64,000 nucleotides of DNA from assembly GCA_035652095.1 (NCBI GenBank), contig DASREM010000056.1, positions 199,070 through 263,069 on the forward strand, written 5' to 3'. The notes below the pieces were generated by a model, which saw nothing but the letters and a program-made list of their open reading frames with translations, ran no database searches and was not told where the DNA came from. Source of the stretch: Terriglobales bacterium (GTDB lineage Bacteria > Acidobacteriota > Terriglobia > Terriglobales > Acidobacteriaceae). Within the stretch, counting starts at the first letter, position 1. Each line of letters begins with the position of its first letter. This document shows, piece after piece, positions 18,299 to 27,858 of the stretch. The position numbers and the translations under genes are program-made.

Positions 18299-19003
18299 AT
18301 GCCTCAACTGCTGGCTTCAATCCGGGAAGATGTTGCTACTGTGCTGGAGCGCGATCCGGCGGCCCGCTCACGTCTGGAAGTCTACTTGTGTTACTCCGGC
18401 CTGCACGCAGTGTGGCTTCATCGCATCAACCATTGGCTCTGGAACCGTGGGTTCTTTCTGCTCGCGCGCTGGTTGTCCCAGATCGGCCGCTTTCTTACCG
18501 GCATCGAGATTCATCCCGGCGCCAGGATCGGCCGCCGGCTTTTCATTGATCATGGACTCGGCGTGGTCATCGGGGAAACCGCGATCATCGGCGACGACGT
18601 AACCTTGTACCAGGGCGTGACCCTGGGAGGAACGGGCAAGGAGCGCGGCAAACGCCACCCCACTATCGAAAGCGATGTGGTCATTGGCGGCGGGGCCAAG
18701 GTGCTTGGCAACATCACCGTGGGCCGCAATTGCCGCATTGGCGCCGGTTCGGTGGTATTGAGGAACGTTCCGGAAGATTCAACAGTCGTCGGCGTGCCAG
18801 GGCACATCATCTTTCGCAACGGCAAGCGGGTGATCATCACCGATCCGAAACAAATCAACGACCCGCTCTCCGAAGCCTTGGCCGCGGTGGCCGGTGAAGT
18901 CAACAAATTACGCGAACGCGTGTGCCGCCTCGAAGGCACCGGCAGCGAGCCTTCTCCAGAGTGCCTGCAGAAGATCATCGAGGAAGTGGACTACCAGATC
19001 TAG
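18299..19003 (+). CDS. cysE: Serine O-acetyltransferase
   Basis: [42 protein letters not shown] and hexapeptide repeats ([24 protein letters not shown]). It starts 3 nt after cysK. Confidence 0.95.
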   Translation: MPQLLASIREDVATVLERDPAARSRLEVYLCYSGLHAVWLHRINHWLWNRGFFLLARWLSQIGRFLTGIEIHPGARIGRRLFIDHGLGVVIGETAIIGDDVTLYQGVTLGGTGKERGKRHPTIESDVVIGGGAKVLGNITVGRNCRIGAGSVVLRNVPEDSTVVGVPGHIIFRNGKRVIITDPKQINDPLSEALAAVAGEVNKLRERVCRLEGTGSEPSPECLQKIIEEVDYQI

Positions 19004-20436
19004 GTTTCTTCCAGAACTCCGTGGACGGAGTCCAAAACCCATGGCGGTGCCGGCCGCATCTGAGGCAGAACGGCCTGCTTGGGAAGGTAATCCGAAAGCG
19101 CGAAAGCAAAAATCCAGAACACCACACATAAGTAATAGCCCACCGCGAAAAGCCAATCCTCAAAGCAGGCGTTCACCAGTCCCGCGGTGGAAACGAGGGC
19201 GAGAGGCACAGCGTAGTCCCGCATCCTCCCGGTCCTCGCCAGGGTCGTCCAGGCTCTCCCCACCTGGATGATGAGGAGCAGAACCAGGCTGGCAAATGGG
19301 ATGACCCCCAGTAACCCCACCGATTCCAGAATCGCCAGGAAACTGTTGCCGTGTTCGCGGGTCGTGCGGCTATTAGAGGAATACATTCCAACTTCAACGG
19401 CCTCATCCGATTCATTCGATGCGGTGCCAAAACCTGTTCCGAACCACGGATTCTCGTGAATGCTGGCCATTGCGTCTTGCCACGGGGAACGGCGCGACCC
19501 AAGAATTCCTCCTTCTACCTTTCCTTTGTAGAGATAGAACGATTCCACGGAGGAGTCTGTGGGCTTGGTCGGGATGTCCACATTGTCCGATTCAGAAGGG
19601 GTCACCAGGATGGCAATGGCGGCCGTGACCAGAACCGCGGCCGACATCTGCACCAGCAGTCGCCGGCGCCGCGCGAAGATTGCCAGCATAAACGACGCCA
19701 CCAAGGCAGCCAGGATTCCAGATCGTGAGCGGCTGAAGAACAACAGGATCAAGGCAACGATCAACGCCACAATCCGGCGTCTTCTTAGAGGCGTCCCTTT
19801 TTCGGCGGTGAACGTGCCCCACAAGAGCAAAGGCTCCCCCACTACTCCCATGACTGCACCCAAGGAGTTGGGGTTTCCAAAAATGGCTAACTGCAATCCA
19901 AAATAGGCCAAGGCGGTCGCATAGACTGTGATCTCAATTGCCGCCAGCAAACCTCCAAAAAACCTTTCCTCCTGCGTGTTGATGGCCAGGCGCGCGCCAC
20001 TGCAGGTATAGAGGAATAGCAATAGCAGGCTCGCAGTTTTCGCAAACGACATGAGTGGAAACGACGACACCATCGACGACACCGCGGCCGCAACCACGCA
20101 AAAAAAAGCATTCAGGTGAAAGATGGAGAAAGTGTGAGGCTGCTCCTTCATATAGAGCACATACCCCACCAGGGCGCCCATTCCCAGTACTACCCAGCGG
20201 CCCGAGGTAAACACCCCATTGAACGGCACGGCCATTCCGGCAAGGCAAAACGCGAGCAGCAGCACCGGAAGAAATCGCTTGCGATAATTGAATGCTGCGG
20301 CGAGTACCAGTTCCAGAAAGACCAGTCCGCCGAGGTAAACAGGATTGGTGAAGTACGCTGAACGCAGCAAGGCAGCCACAGTACCAAGCGTGCAGAGTAG
20401 CGCCAATGCAACCCATGCGGCCGCCTTGGCATTCAT
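19000..20436 (-). CDS. O-antigen ligase (Wzy_C)-like polytopic membrane protein
   Basis: About 10-12 hydrophobic segments. [20 protein letters not shown] resembles the Wzy_C core. A large loop precedes the last TM segments. Confidence 0.5.
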   Translation of the reverse strand: MNAKAAAWVALALLCTLGTVAALLRSAYFTNPVYLGGLVFLELVLAAAFNYRKRFLPVLLLAFCLAGMAVPFNGVFTSGRWVVLGMGALVGYVLYMKEQPHTFSIFHLNAFFCVVAAAVSSMVSSFPLMSFAKTASLLLLFLYTCSGARLAINTQEERFFGGLLAAIEITVYATALAYFGLQLAIFGNPNSLGAVMGVVGEPLLLWGTFTAEKGTPLRRRRIVALIVALILLFFSRSRSGILAALVASFMLAIFARRRRLLVQMSAAVLVTAAIAILVTPSESDNVDIPTKPTDSSVESFYLYKGKVEGGILGSRRSPWQDAMASIHENPWFGTGFGTASNESDEAVEVGMYSSNSRTTREHGNSFLAILESVGLLGVIPFASLVLLLIIQVGRAWTTLARTGRMRDYAVPLALVSTAGLVNACFEDWLFAVGYYLCVVFWIFAFALSDYLPKQAVLPQMRPAPPWVLDSVHGVLEET

Positions 20437-20585
20437 CGGGACTATGTGATCAGAGATGATTCTTCAGCTTAACCGGGGCTTCCGGATTCCGGCTATTGTC
20501 TATTGAGGAAACCGGAATCAGGTTGCCAGGGCCGAGTTCGTTTTGCGTGCCTGATGGGGAAGTCACGTTGTATGCTCAACGCGTA

Positions 20586-21917
20586 ATGCCTTTCAGCCAC
20601 AAATCGCCTGCTCCGGCGCTGTTTCTTGGGCTCGCCATCACCGTGGCCGCAATTGTCGCCTATTCGGCCTACGTCACCAAGCGAATTTCCGGACTGCGCC
20701 AGTTGCAGAACACTTTGGTTGACCGGAACCGAAAAGACTCCCTTCAATTGCTGCGCATACAAAATGATCTCAATTCCCTGGCGCTAGCCATGCGCGACAT
20801 GTTGGATCACGACGAGCCGTACCCTCTCACCGCCTGGTCGGCGCAATTCCAGCGAATACGCGCCGACCTGGAAGACGCCCTGCGCCGGGAGCAGGAAGTT
20901 GCTGTCGTCGATCGCACTCCGGAACAGCGGGAATATCTTTCCCGCTCGATTGCGCAGTTCTGGGATGCAACCGAGCGGATGTTCCAGGTGGCTCAGCGGG
21001 AAAACGACGGCGCAGCGAAAACCCAGATTCTTTCTCTGCAGGAGCGGCAGGCGGCGCTCAGCAACATGGTGGCTCGCTTGTTAGTGCAGAATAATGAGAG
21101 CGAGGAAAAGGCGGCCGCGCAGATCGCGGCCATCTACGACCGGGTCCAGCAGCAGGTTTACTGGTTACTTGCCGCAACCTTGACCGCCATCCTTCTGACC
21201 AGCCTGTATTTGATCCGATCTAACCGGCTATTGTTTTCGCAGTTGGCCCTGCTTTCGGAACAGCGCAGCGAGTTGGCGCAGAAACTCATCGCCACCCAGG
21301 AGTCCACCTTGCGTCACATCTCACGCGAGCTGCACGACGAATTTGGTCAGATCCTGACGGCCATCGGCGTGATGCTCGGGCGCGCCGGCAACCAGCTGGC
21401 CAGCAACTCGCAGCTGCGGCAAGATCTAAAAGAAGTTCGTGAAGCTGCGCAGAACGCGCTCGAGAAAGTGCGAAGCCTGTCTCAGGCCCTTCATCCCGTC
21501 ATGCTGGACGAAAGCGGCCTGGAGCCGACACTCGATTGGTATTTGGCAACCGTGCAGCGCCAGACAGGAATCAACGTGAGCTACGAAAAACGGGGGAAGC
21601 GATTTGCCATCGATGGAGATGCTGCGGTCCACGTGTATCGCGTAGTGCAGGAGGCCTTGAATAACGTGATCCGGCATTCCGGCGCAAAGAGCGCCTGGGT
21701 GCGCCTGAATTATTTCCCTGAGAAGCTGGAACTGGAAGTCGAAGATCGCGGAACCGGCTTCGATTCCCCCGCCGCCAACCCGGCAGGCATTGGCTTGGTC
21801 GCCATGCGGGAGCGTTCTGAACTACTGGGCGCCTCGCTGGAATTCACGGCCCCAGTCCAGGGCGGAACTTTGATACGTTTAATCGTGCCGAGGAATTCTG
21901 ATTCTCATGGCGGATAA
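20586..21917 (+). CDS. Sensor histidine kinase (two TM, HisKA_3, HATPase_c; NarX/LiaS-like)
   Basis: ORF 20496..21917 begins at a TTG. I prefer the ATG at 20586 (MPFSHKSPAPALFLGLAITVAAIVAY). H-box ISRELHDEFGQILT. EVEDRGTGF...GIGLVAMRERS. Confidence 0.85.
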   Translation: MPFSHKSPAPALFLGLAITVAAIVAYSAYVTKRISGLRQLQNTLVDRNRKDSLQLLRIQNDLNSLALAMRDMLDHDEPYPLTAWSAQFQRIRADLEDALRREQEVAVVDRTPEQREYLSRSIAQFWDATERMFQVAQRENDGAAKTQILSLQERQAALSNMVARLLVQNNESEEKAAAQIAAIYDRVQQQVYWLLAATLTAILLTSLYLIRSNRLLFSQLALLSEQRSELAQKLIATQESTLRHISRELHDEFGQILTAIGVMLGRAGNQLASNSQLRQDLKEVREAAQNALEKVRSLSQALHPVMLDESGLEPTLDWYLATVQRQTGINVSYEKRGKRFAIDGDAAVHVYRVVQEALNNVIRHSGAKSAWVRLNYFPEKLELEVEDRGTGFDSPAANPAGIGLVAMRERSELLGASLEFTAPVQGGTLIRLIVPRNSDSHGG

Positions 21918-22536
21918 AATCACCGTTCTGCTCGTGGATGATCATAGCCTCGTTCGTCGTGGATTCCGCCGAATCCTCGGCGATGAAGCGGATCTCGAAG
22001 TGGTAGGCGAGGCCAGCGACGGGCTGGAGGCTGTTCGCCGTTCTGAGGAACTACACCCTCAAGTAGTGGTCATGGATTGTGCCTTGCCCGGCCTGAATGG
22101 AATTCAAGCGACCCGCAAAATCTTGGAAAAGAATCCGGAAACGCTGGTGCTGATGCTCAGCATGCATCCTGAGGAGACCCTTGTTCGACAGGCTCTCGAG
22201 GCCGGGGCCCGAGGGTACATCCTCAAAAGCGCGGTCGACCTTGAACTGGGCGCTGCAATACGCAAGCTCGTCGGCGGAGAAATTGTTCTCGACTCACAGT
22301 TGAATCGTGCTCCCGCCTTGAAGGGAGAACGTAGTGCGGCCTTGACTGCGCGAGAGCTGGAGATCCTGCAAATGATTGTTGATGGCAAGTCCAACAAGCA
22401 AATTGCGTCAACGCTCAAGCTCAGCGCCAACACGGTGGCGGTGCACCGCGCCAACATCATGGACGCACTCGGTATCCACAAAACCGCGGAACTTGTGGTG
22501 TACGCGATTCGCAATGGCCTGGTGAACCTGCCTTGA
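21907..22536 (+). CDS. NarL/FixJ-family response regulator (receiver + LuxR-type HTH)
   Basis: ITVLLVDDHSLVRRG...VVVMDCALPGLNG. C-terminal LTARELEILQMIVDGKSNKQIASTLKLSANTVAVHRANIM. Overlaps the kinase stop by 11 nt. Confidence 0.9.
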   Translation: MADKITVLLVDDHSLVRRGFRRILGDEADLEVVGEASDGLEAVRRSEELHPQVVVMDCALPGLNGIQATRKILEKNPETLVLMLSMHPEETLVRQALEAGARGYILKSAVDLELGAAIRKLVGGEIVLDSQLNRAPALKGERSAALTARELEILQMIVDGKSNKQIASTLKLSANTVAVHRANIMDALGIHKTAELVVYAIRNGLVNLP

Positions 22537-24287
22537 GACACTTGGAAGGATGCGGCTTCACCAGCGCCGTTAAGGCTGTTCCGGGATTCCTGAACCGGCG
22601 TTCATTCCTTGCCGGGCTGGGAAGCGCTGCCTCGCTGCTAGCGGTACGTCCGCTCGGTTCCGTCTTTGCTGCTGCAGATCCCGGCTTCAAACTGGTTGAC
22701 GTCAGTGCCAGTGCCGGCATTCGTTTTCACCACAACAGCGGGGCTTACGGATCGAAACTCCTGCCGGAAACCCTCGGCTCAGGCTGCGCTTTCCTCGACT
22801 ACGATGCCGACGGTTGGCAGGACATTCTGTTGGTCAACGGAAGCGACTGGCCTTCCCACCAGCGCCGTCGCAGCCCCCTCGCGCTCTACCGCAACAACCG
22901 CAACGGAACCTTTACCGACGTCACGCGCAGCGCTGGACTCGACGTCGAGATGTATGGCATGGGGGTAGCCGTCGGAGACTACGACAACGACGGATTTCCC
23001 GACATCTTCATCACTTGCGTCGGGCAGAATCGCCTCTTCCGGAATACCGGCAAAGGCACATTCGCGGATGTGACTTTACCGAGCGGCCTGGGCCCTCGAA
23101 CCGGTTTCAGCACCTCGGCTCTTTGGGTTGATTACGATCGCGACGGCTTACTTGATCTTTTTGTCTGCAATTATGTGAAGTGGTCTGCCGAGCACGACGT
23201 GTTTTGCAGCATGGATGGTAAGCGCAAGTCCTACTGCACTCCTGAGGCGTATCGCGGTGAAACCTGCTGGCTGTTTCACAATCGCGGCAATGGCACATTC
23301 GAGGATGTGACCGCCTCCAGCGGCATTTTCGATACTAGTTCGAAATCTCTCGGCGTGGCCATGCTGGATTTCGATCAGGATGGTTGGCCCGATCTCCTGG
23401 TCGCTAATGACACACAGCCCAACAAGCTGTATCGCAATCTCCGAAACGGGAGCTTTCAGGATGTGGCAGTCGGCGCAGGCATCGCCTTCAGCACCGAAGG
23501 CAAGGCTCGGGCAGGAATGGGACTCGATGCCGCGGACTTCCAGAATTCCGGGGGTGGCACCGGGGTCGCCATCACCAACTTCGACAACGAGATGATCGGC
23601 CTTTACCAGCTTTCCGGCAAGGATTCTTTCTCGGATGTAGCGGTCACCAGCGGAGTGGGTCTGCCGTCGAAGAACACTCTGGGCTTCGGCTGCATATTTT
23701 TCGACGCTGACCTGGATGGCGCGCTCGATCTCGCTGTGGTCAATGGCCACATTGACGATACCGTGCGCAACGTTCACGGCGCCGGGTATGCACAATCGCC
23801 CCAACTGTTCCTGAACAACGGTAAAGGAAAATTCCGTGACGTAGCCGCCCTCGTCGGCGGCGGATTCGACTCCCCCAAGGTGGGACGAGGCCTGGCCTAC
23901 GGCGACTTTGACCGCGATGGCGATCTCGATCTTCTGATCACTTCCAACCATGGACCAGCGCTTCTCTACCGCAACGATCAGTTGTCCGGGAACAAGAGCG
24001 TTCGCGTGAAGCTCACGGGAACGAAATCAAACCGCGATGGCATTGGCGCCCGAGTCCGGCTCTTCGCCGGCGGCATCACTCAAACGCGGTGGGTCAAAAC
24101 CGGTTCCAGCTACCTGTCACAATCAGAACTCCCCCTGACCTTCGGCATGGAGAAGCACGCGCAGGCCGACAGGATCGTGATTGATTGGCCGAGTGGGAGG
24201 ACCGAGGAGCACAAAAACCTCACCGCAGGACACAGTTATCACTGCATTGAAGGGAAGGGGATTCAGTTCGAGGAGTTCAAAAGTTGA
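22533..24287 (+). CDS. CRTAC1-family protein (FG-GAP/VCBS repeats + ASPIC/UnbV domain) with Tat-like signal
   Basis: NRRSFLAGLGSAASLLAV. Repeated D.D.DG.[PL]D[IL] motifs. C-terminal NRDGIGARVRL...TGSSYLSQSELPLTFG is the UnbV/ASPIC signature. The only in-frame starts are TTG codons (22533 or 22542), and 22533 overlaps the regulator stop (TTGA). Confidence 0.8.
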   Translation: MRHLEGCGFTSAVKAVPGFLNRRSFLAGLGSAASLLAVRPLGSVFAAADPGFKLVDVSASAGIRFHHNSGAYGSKLLPETLGSGCAFLDYDADGWQDILLVNGSDWPSHQRRRSPLALYRNNRNGTFTDVTRSAGLDVEMYGMGVAVGDYDNDGFPDIFITCVGQNRLFRNTGKGTFADVTLPSGLGPRTGFSTSALWVDYDRDGLLDLFVCNYVKWSAEHDVFCSMDGKRKSYCTPEAYRGETCWLFHNRGNGTFEDVTASSGIFDTSSKSLGVAMLDFDQDGWPDLLVANDTQPNKLYRNLRNGSFQDVAVGAGIAFSTEGKARAGMGLDAADFQNSGGGTGVAITNFDNEMIGLYQLSGKDSFSDVAVTSGVGLPSKNTLGFGCIFFDADLDGALDLAVVNGHIDDTVRNVHGAGYAQSPQLFLNNGKGKFRDVAALVGGGFDSPKVGRGLAYGDFDRDGDLDLLITSNHGPALLYRNDQLSGNKSVRVKLTGTKSNRDGIGARVRLFAGGITQTRWVKTGSSYLSQSELPLTFGMEKHAQADRIVIDWPSGRTEEHKNLTAGHSYHCIEGKGIQFEEFKS

Positions 24288-27200
24288 GCCGCAGCGCGAG
24301 TTGGATCACGCGCGGCTGACTCGTGTATAGCAAGCGGCCGAAGGTTGGACTGTTGATGTTGGTGTCGGGGTTCGCAAACTCGGCCCGGTTCAGAAGGTTG
24401 AAGATATCAGCGCGGGCCTCGATCCGCCATCGCTCCGTGATGGCTGTGCTCTTCGAAAAAGCCAGGTCGATATTGAAGCGTCCCGGGCCACGGAGAAAAT
24501 TGCGAGGCAGTGAGCCATAAGTCCGTGCTGCTGGATTCGCAACTGCTTGCGCATCACTCGGAAAATTGGCCGCCGTAAAGCTCGTAGGATCAAACCAGTA
24601 ATTCGCGCTTCCACCACCGAAACCGTGCCGTGAGCGAGCATCGAAATAGGTTACTGGTCCGACCAGGTTCGCCCGGACCAGGTCGGCATCGCCCGCTCCC
24701 GTCGGTCCAGGACTGGTGTAATCAAACTGGCGGGGAAGGTTTGCGAATACGTCGAGCGGCAAACCGGTCCGCCAACTCACGATTGGAAAAAGGTTCCAGC
24801 CACTGGTCAGGCGCTTGGGTGCGGAAGTCCATTCGCGAGCAAAGGGCAATTCCCAGCCTCCGCTGAACACGATGCGATGCCGGATATCCATGTCGGCCGA
24901 CCCGCGAAACAGGTTCGACGCGTAAAAAGGGACTTCCCAGTTGCGATTCTGGAAGCCTGACGCATTATCAATATTGTGCGAATAGGTGTATGCCAGGGTG
25001 AAATAGGAGTGCCCAAAAAAGCCATCTCCTGTCCCTTGTTTCTGTAAGCTCAGCAGTAACGCGTTATAGTTCGCCTCCGCAACGTTGCGGAACTCCTTGA
25101 TGGCGGCATAGCAGAGGTTCGCCGGGTCTGTCCCGCACCTGCTGCCCGCCGGTGTCAGGTTCAGGATTCGGTCAAAGGTGCCCAAGACTACAGGGTTCGC
25201 CTGCTGCAACGCGGTTAAAGCGTGCGAACTGGATCCAACGTAGCTCGCTTCGGCAACCGTGTTATCGGCAACCTGGTGTTGTAACGTAAAGTGGTATTGA
25301 TAGGTGTACGGCGTCCGGAGATGCGGATCCACGACGAAGACGCTGCCCGAGGCGCCAATCGGCAAATATCCGGCGGCTGCGAAATCCAGATTCTTCGGTG
25401 GAGGTTGCGATGGAAAAGGATCTTGCACTCCCGCCGCGGCAAACGGCGCCGTCAGGTAGTTCACTTCTGAGGTGGGGTTCGACGCCAAGGGATTGAACAG
25501 AAGTCCCGCGCTCGCGTAAAACGGCTCTTGCCCATTGAACTGCAGATTGTCTTCGCCCTTTAGAATGTCGTAGAGAACTCCGAATGCGCCGCGCAAACTC
25601 GTCCTTCCGTTTCCGCGTGGGTCCCAGGCGAACCCAATTCGAGGCGAAAAGTTATTGCGGTCGGGGAAATTGACTCCGTGCGGGGCGCCCACGTCTCCCT
25701 GGAAGAGCAAGCCTGGCGGGGCATTGGGAAATACCGACGACTGCCGGCCTGGAACGATGGAGAAGGTGCGACCTTCGGTATCGGATTTCGGCGTGCTGTA
25801 TTCGTACCGCAGCCCCAGGCTCAACACCAGGTTCTTGCGCACGTGCCATTCATCCTGCGCAAAGCCATAAGTGAACTTGCTGCGGATATTCGAAGCGGCA
25901 TTCGCCGACTGCGTGTACTGCACCGGCAGGCCAAGCAGAAAATCGGCAAAAGAATTCCCGCTGAAAAGCCCGATCGAGCCGGCAAACACAAACTGGCCAT
26001 TCACCGTGAATGCGAACAGGGTATTGTTTTGAAAGGCCGATAGGCCGCCGCCAAATTTCCAGTTGTGCCGTCCCCGGGTCCAGGTCAACGCGTCAGAGAC
26101 CGAGAAGGTGTTATCGGTGAAGACCTGCGGCCCGATCACGCTGAACCCGATTGCCAGGCCATTATCGAAGAACAGGTTCGTCGGCCCGGTAGGCAGATCG
26201 GATGTGATCCCAATTCCCAAACGGTTCGGAGTCGGCAATTGCCGGCCCGGCTTTGCGGCGTTATTGCGGCTTCGCTCGGCGGTAAATTTCAGTTCATTAA
26301 GAAGGTTCGATCGAAAGATGTGTGCGTACGAGATGTTGGCAAAGTAATCGTTGCCGCGGGAAAGATCGGGATACCCCGGCACGTTGGCGTAGTCAAAGGG
26401 CGTGACTGCATAAGTGCGGTCCCAACCCAGGGTGATTGCCAGCTTGTTACGCTCGTTCAGATCCAGGTCAAATTTGCCGGTGAGTTCGTCGCGATGGAAC
26501 GTCACCTTCTGCTCGAAATTCAAAAGCCCGGTTGGAGATGTTGGAATCAGGCCCGCTGAAAAATAATTGCTCGCAACGCTGTTGATCCTGGAGGGATCGA
26601 TGACCCCCTGCTGCGCCAACGCAGGATTCGGCTGGAAAAATGGGTTTGTCTGAAGAAAGGCGGCAACCCCGGGATCGGGAACTGGATTTCCGGCATTGTC
26701 CCGGGAAGATTGTGAGAAGTCTCCATTCGCTTCCAGCGGTGTGAATGTCGGCACATTGTGCAGGGGTTGGTTCTCCACCAGTCGCTCGCCCTGGTATCCC
26801 ACAAAAAAGAAATAGCGGTCTTTTCGATCGATGAGATGCGGAACCACCATCGGCCCACCCAGGGTTCCGCCGAATTGGTTTCGCTTCAATACATTTCGCG
26901 GCAGCCCCCCTTGCTTGTTGAAGAAGCTGTTTGCGTTCAGCGCATCGTTGCGCAGAAAATCGAACAACGTTCCATGCAGGGTTTTCGACCCCGACTGTGT
27001 GGCAACTGAGATCACTCCACCCGAATTGCGTCCATATTCCGCGGGATAGTTGCTGGTGAGGATGCGAAACTCCGCCACGGTGTCGGGGTTCGGAACGTAT
27101 ACGGCGCGATTGTCAATCAGGTCGTTGTTCAACCCGCCGTCCAGCAGGTAGTTGATGGAATCGCTACGCCCGCCATTCACGTTGAATGTGCCGACCCCGT

Positions 27201-27735
27201 TGCGGGAATAGTCAAAGTCGCTGGGCGTAACGCCGGGTTGGAGCAGGGCGAGGTCGCGAATGTCGCGGCCATCAAGCGGCGCATTCCGAACCACGTCCCC
27301 GGTCACTACCTTGCCCAAGCTCGGGCTGACCGTTTCAACCTGCTGGCTCAGATCGGAAACCTGAATTTCGACAGGCGCGGCGCTGAGCCGTAGCTTGATA
27401 CTTAGCCCGCGAACGTCGCCCACATGCAGAACTACGTTCTCGATCTCAGCGACCGCAAAGCCGTCCTTTTGCGCCGTGATGAGGTACTGCCCTGGTTGCA
27501 GCAGCGGAACGCTGAAGTATCCGCTCTCGTTGGTGACAGCTTCGCGCTTGAGACCCTGGTCCAGGTTAAGCAGGGTCAATTTCACGCCGGACAGCAGCCC
27601 TCCGGTCTGATCGGAAACGGCCCCTTCCACGCTGGCTCGCTGGGCATAGCTCAGGCCAGACAGGACAACCCACACTACCAGAAGTAGAGTCACCAGAGGC
27701 AGGCGGGCTGTCACAGTCTCTTCCCGAGAGTCCAT
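24277..27735 (-). CDS. TonB-dependent receptor-like outer-membrane protein with CarboxypepD_reg domain (second copy)
   Basis: ORF 24277..27807. Start uncertain (27735 or 27807). Signal peptide ...LSGLSYAQ. GAVSDQTGGLLSGVKLTLLNL...PGQYLI. The long barrel ends ...LALRLNF. Same architecture as 8307..11711. Confidence 0.8.
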   Translation of the reverse strand: MDSREETVTARLPLVTLLLVVWVVLSGLSYAQRASVEGAVSDQTGGLLSGVKLTLLNLDQGLKREAVTNESGYFSVPLLQPGQYLITAQKDGFAVAEIENVVLHVGDVRGLSIKLRLSAAPVEIQVSDLSQQVETVSPSLGKVVTGDVVRNAPLDGRDIRDLALLQPGVTPSDFDYSRNGVGTFNVNGGRSDSINYLLDGGLNNDLIDNRAVYVPNPDTVAEFRILTSNYPAEYGRNSGGVISVATQSGSKTLHGTLFDFLRNDALNANSFFNKQGGLPRNVLKRNQFGGTLGGPMVVPHLIDRKDRYFFFVGYQGERLVENQPLHNVPTFTPLEANGDFSQSSRDNAGNPVPDPGVAAFLQTNPFFQPNPALAQQGVIDPSRINSVASNYFSAGLIPTSPTGLLNFEQKVTFHRDELTGKFDLDLNERNKLAITLGWDRTYAVTPFDYANVPGYPDLSRGNDYFANISYAHIFRSNLLNELKFTAERSRNNAAKPGRQLPTPNRLGIGITSDLPTGPTNLFFDNGLAIGFSVIGPQVFTDNTFSVSDALTWTRGRHNWKFGGGLSAFQNNTLFAFTVNGQFVFAGSIGLFSGNSFADFLLGLPVQYTQSANAASNIRSKFTYGFAQDEWHVRKNLVLSLGLRYEYSTPKSDTEGRTFSIVPGRQSSVFPNAPPGLLFQGDVGAPHGVNFPDRNNFSPRIGFAWDPRGNGRTSLRGAFGVLYDILKGEDNLQFNGQEPFYASAGLLFNPLASNPTSEVNYLTAPFAAAGVQDPFPSQPPPKNLDFAAAGYLPIGASGSVFVVDPHLRTPYTYQYHFTLQHQVADNTVAEASYVGSSSHALTALQQANPVVLGTFDRILNLTPAGSRCGTDPANLCYAAIKEFRNVAEANYNALLLSLQKQGTGDGFFGHSYFTLAYTYSHNIDNASGFQNRNWEVPFYASNLFRGSADMDIRHRIVFSGGWELPFAREWTSAPKRLTSGWNLFPIVSWRTGLPLDVFANLPRQFDYTSPGPTGAGDADLVRANLVGPVTYFDARSRHGFGGGSANYWFDPTSFTAANFPSDAQAVANPAARTYGSLPRNFLRGPGRFNIDLAFSKSTAITERWRIEARADIFNLLNRAEFANPDTNINSPTFGRLLYTSQPRVIQLALRLNF

Positions 27736-27858
27736 TCGTTTTACGAAACGGTGTGCAGAAATCAGCACGAACGGGGCGAGCGTAAGCCCAAAGCATAACA
27801 TGCACACTTCTACTATCGACAGCCGTAGTACGCCTGCAAATGTAAAATTTTAAGCTGC

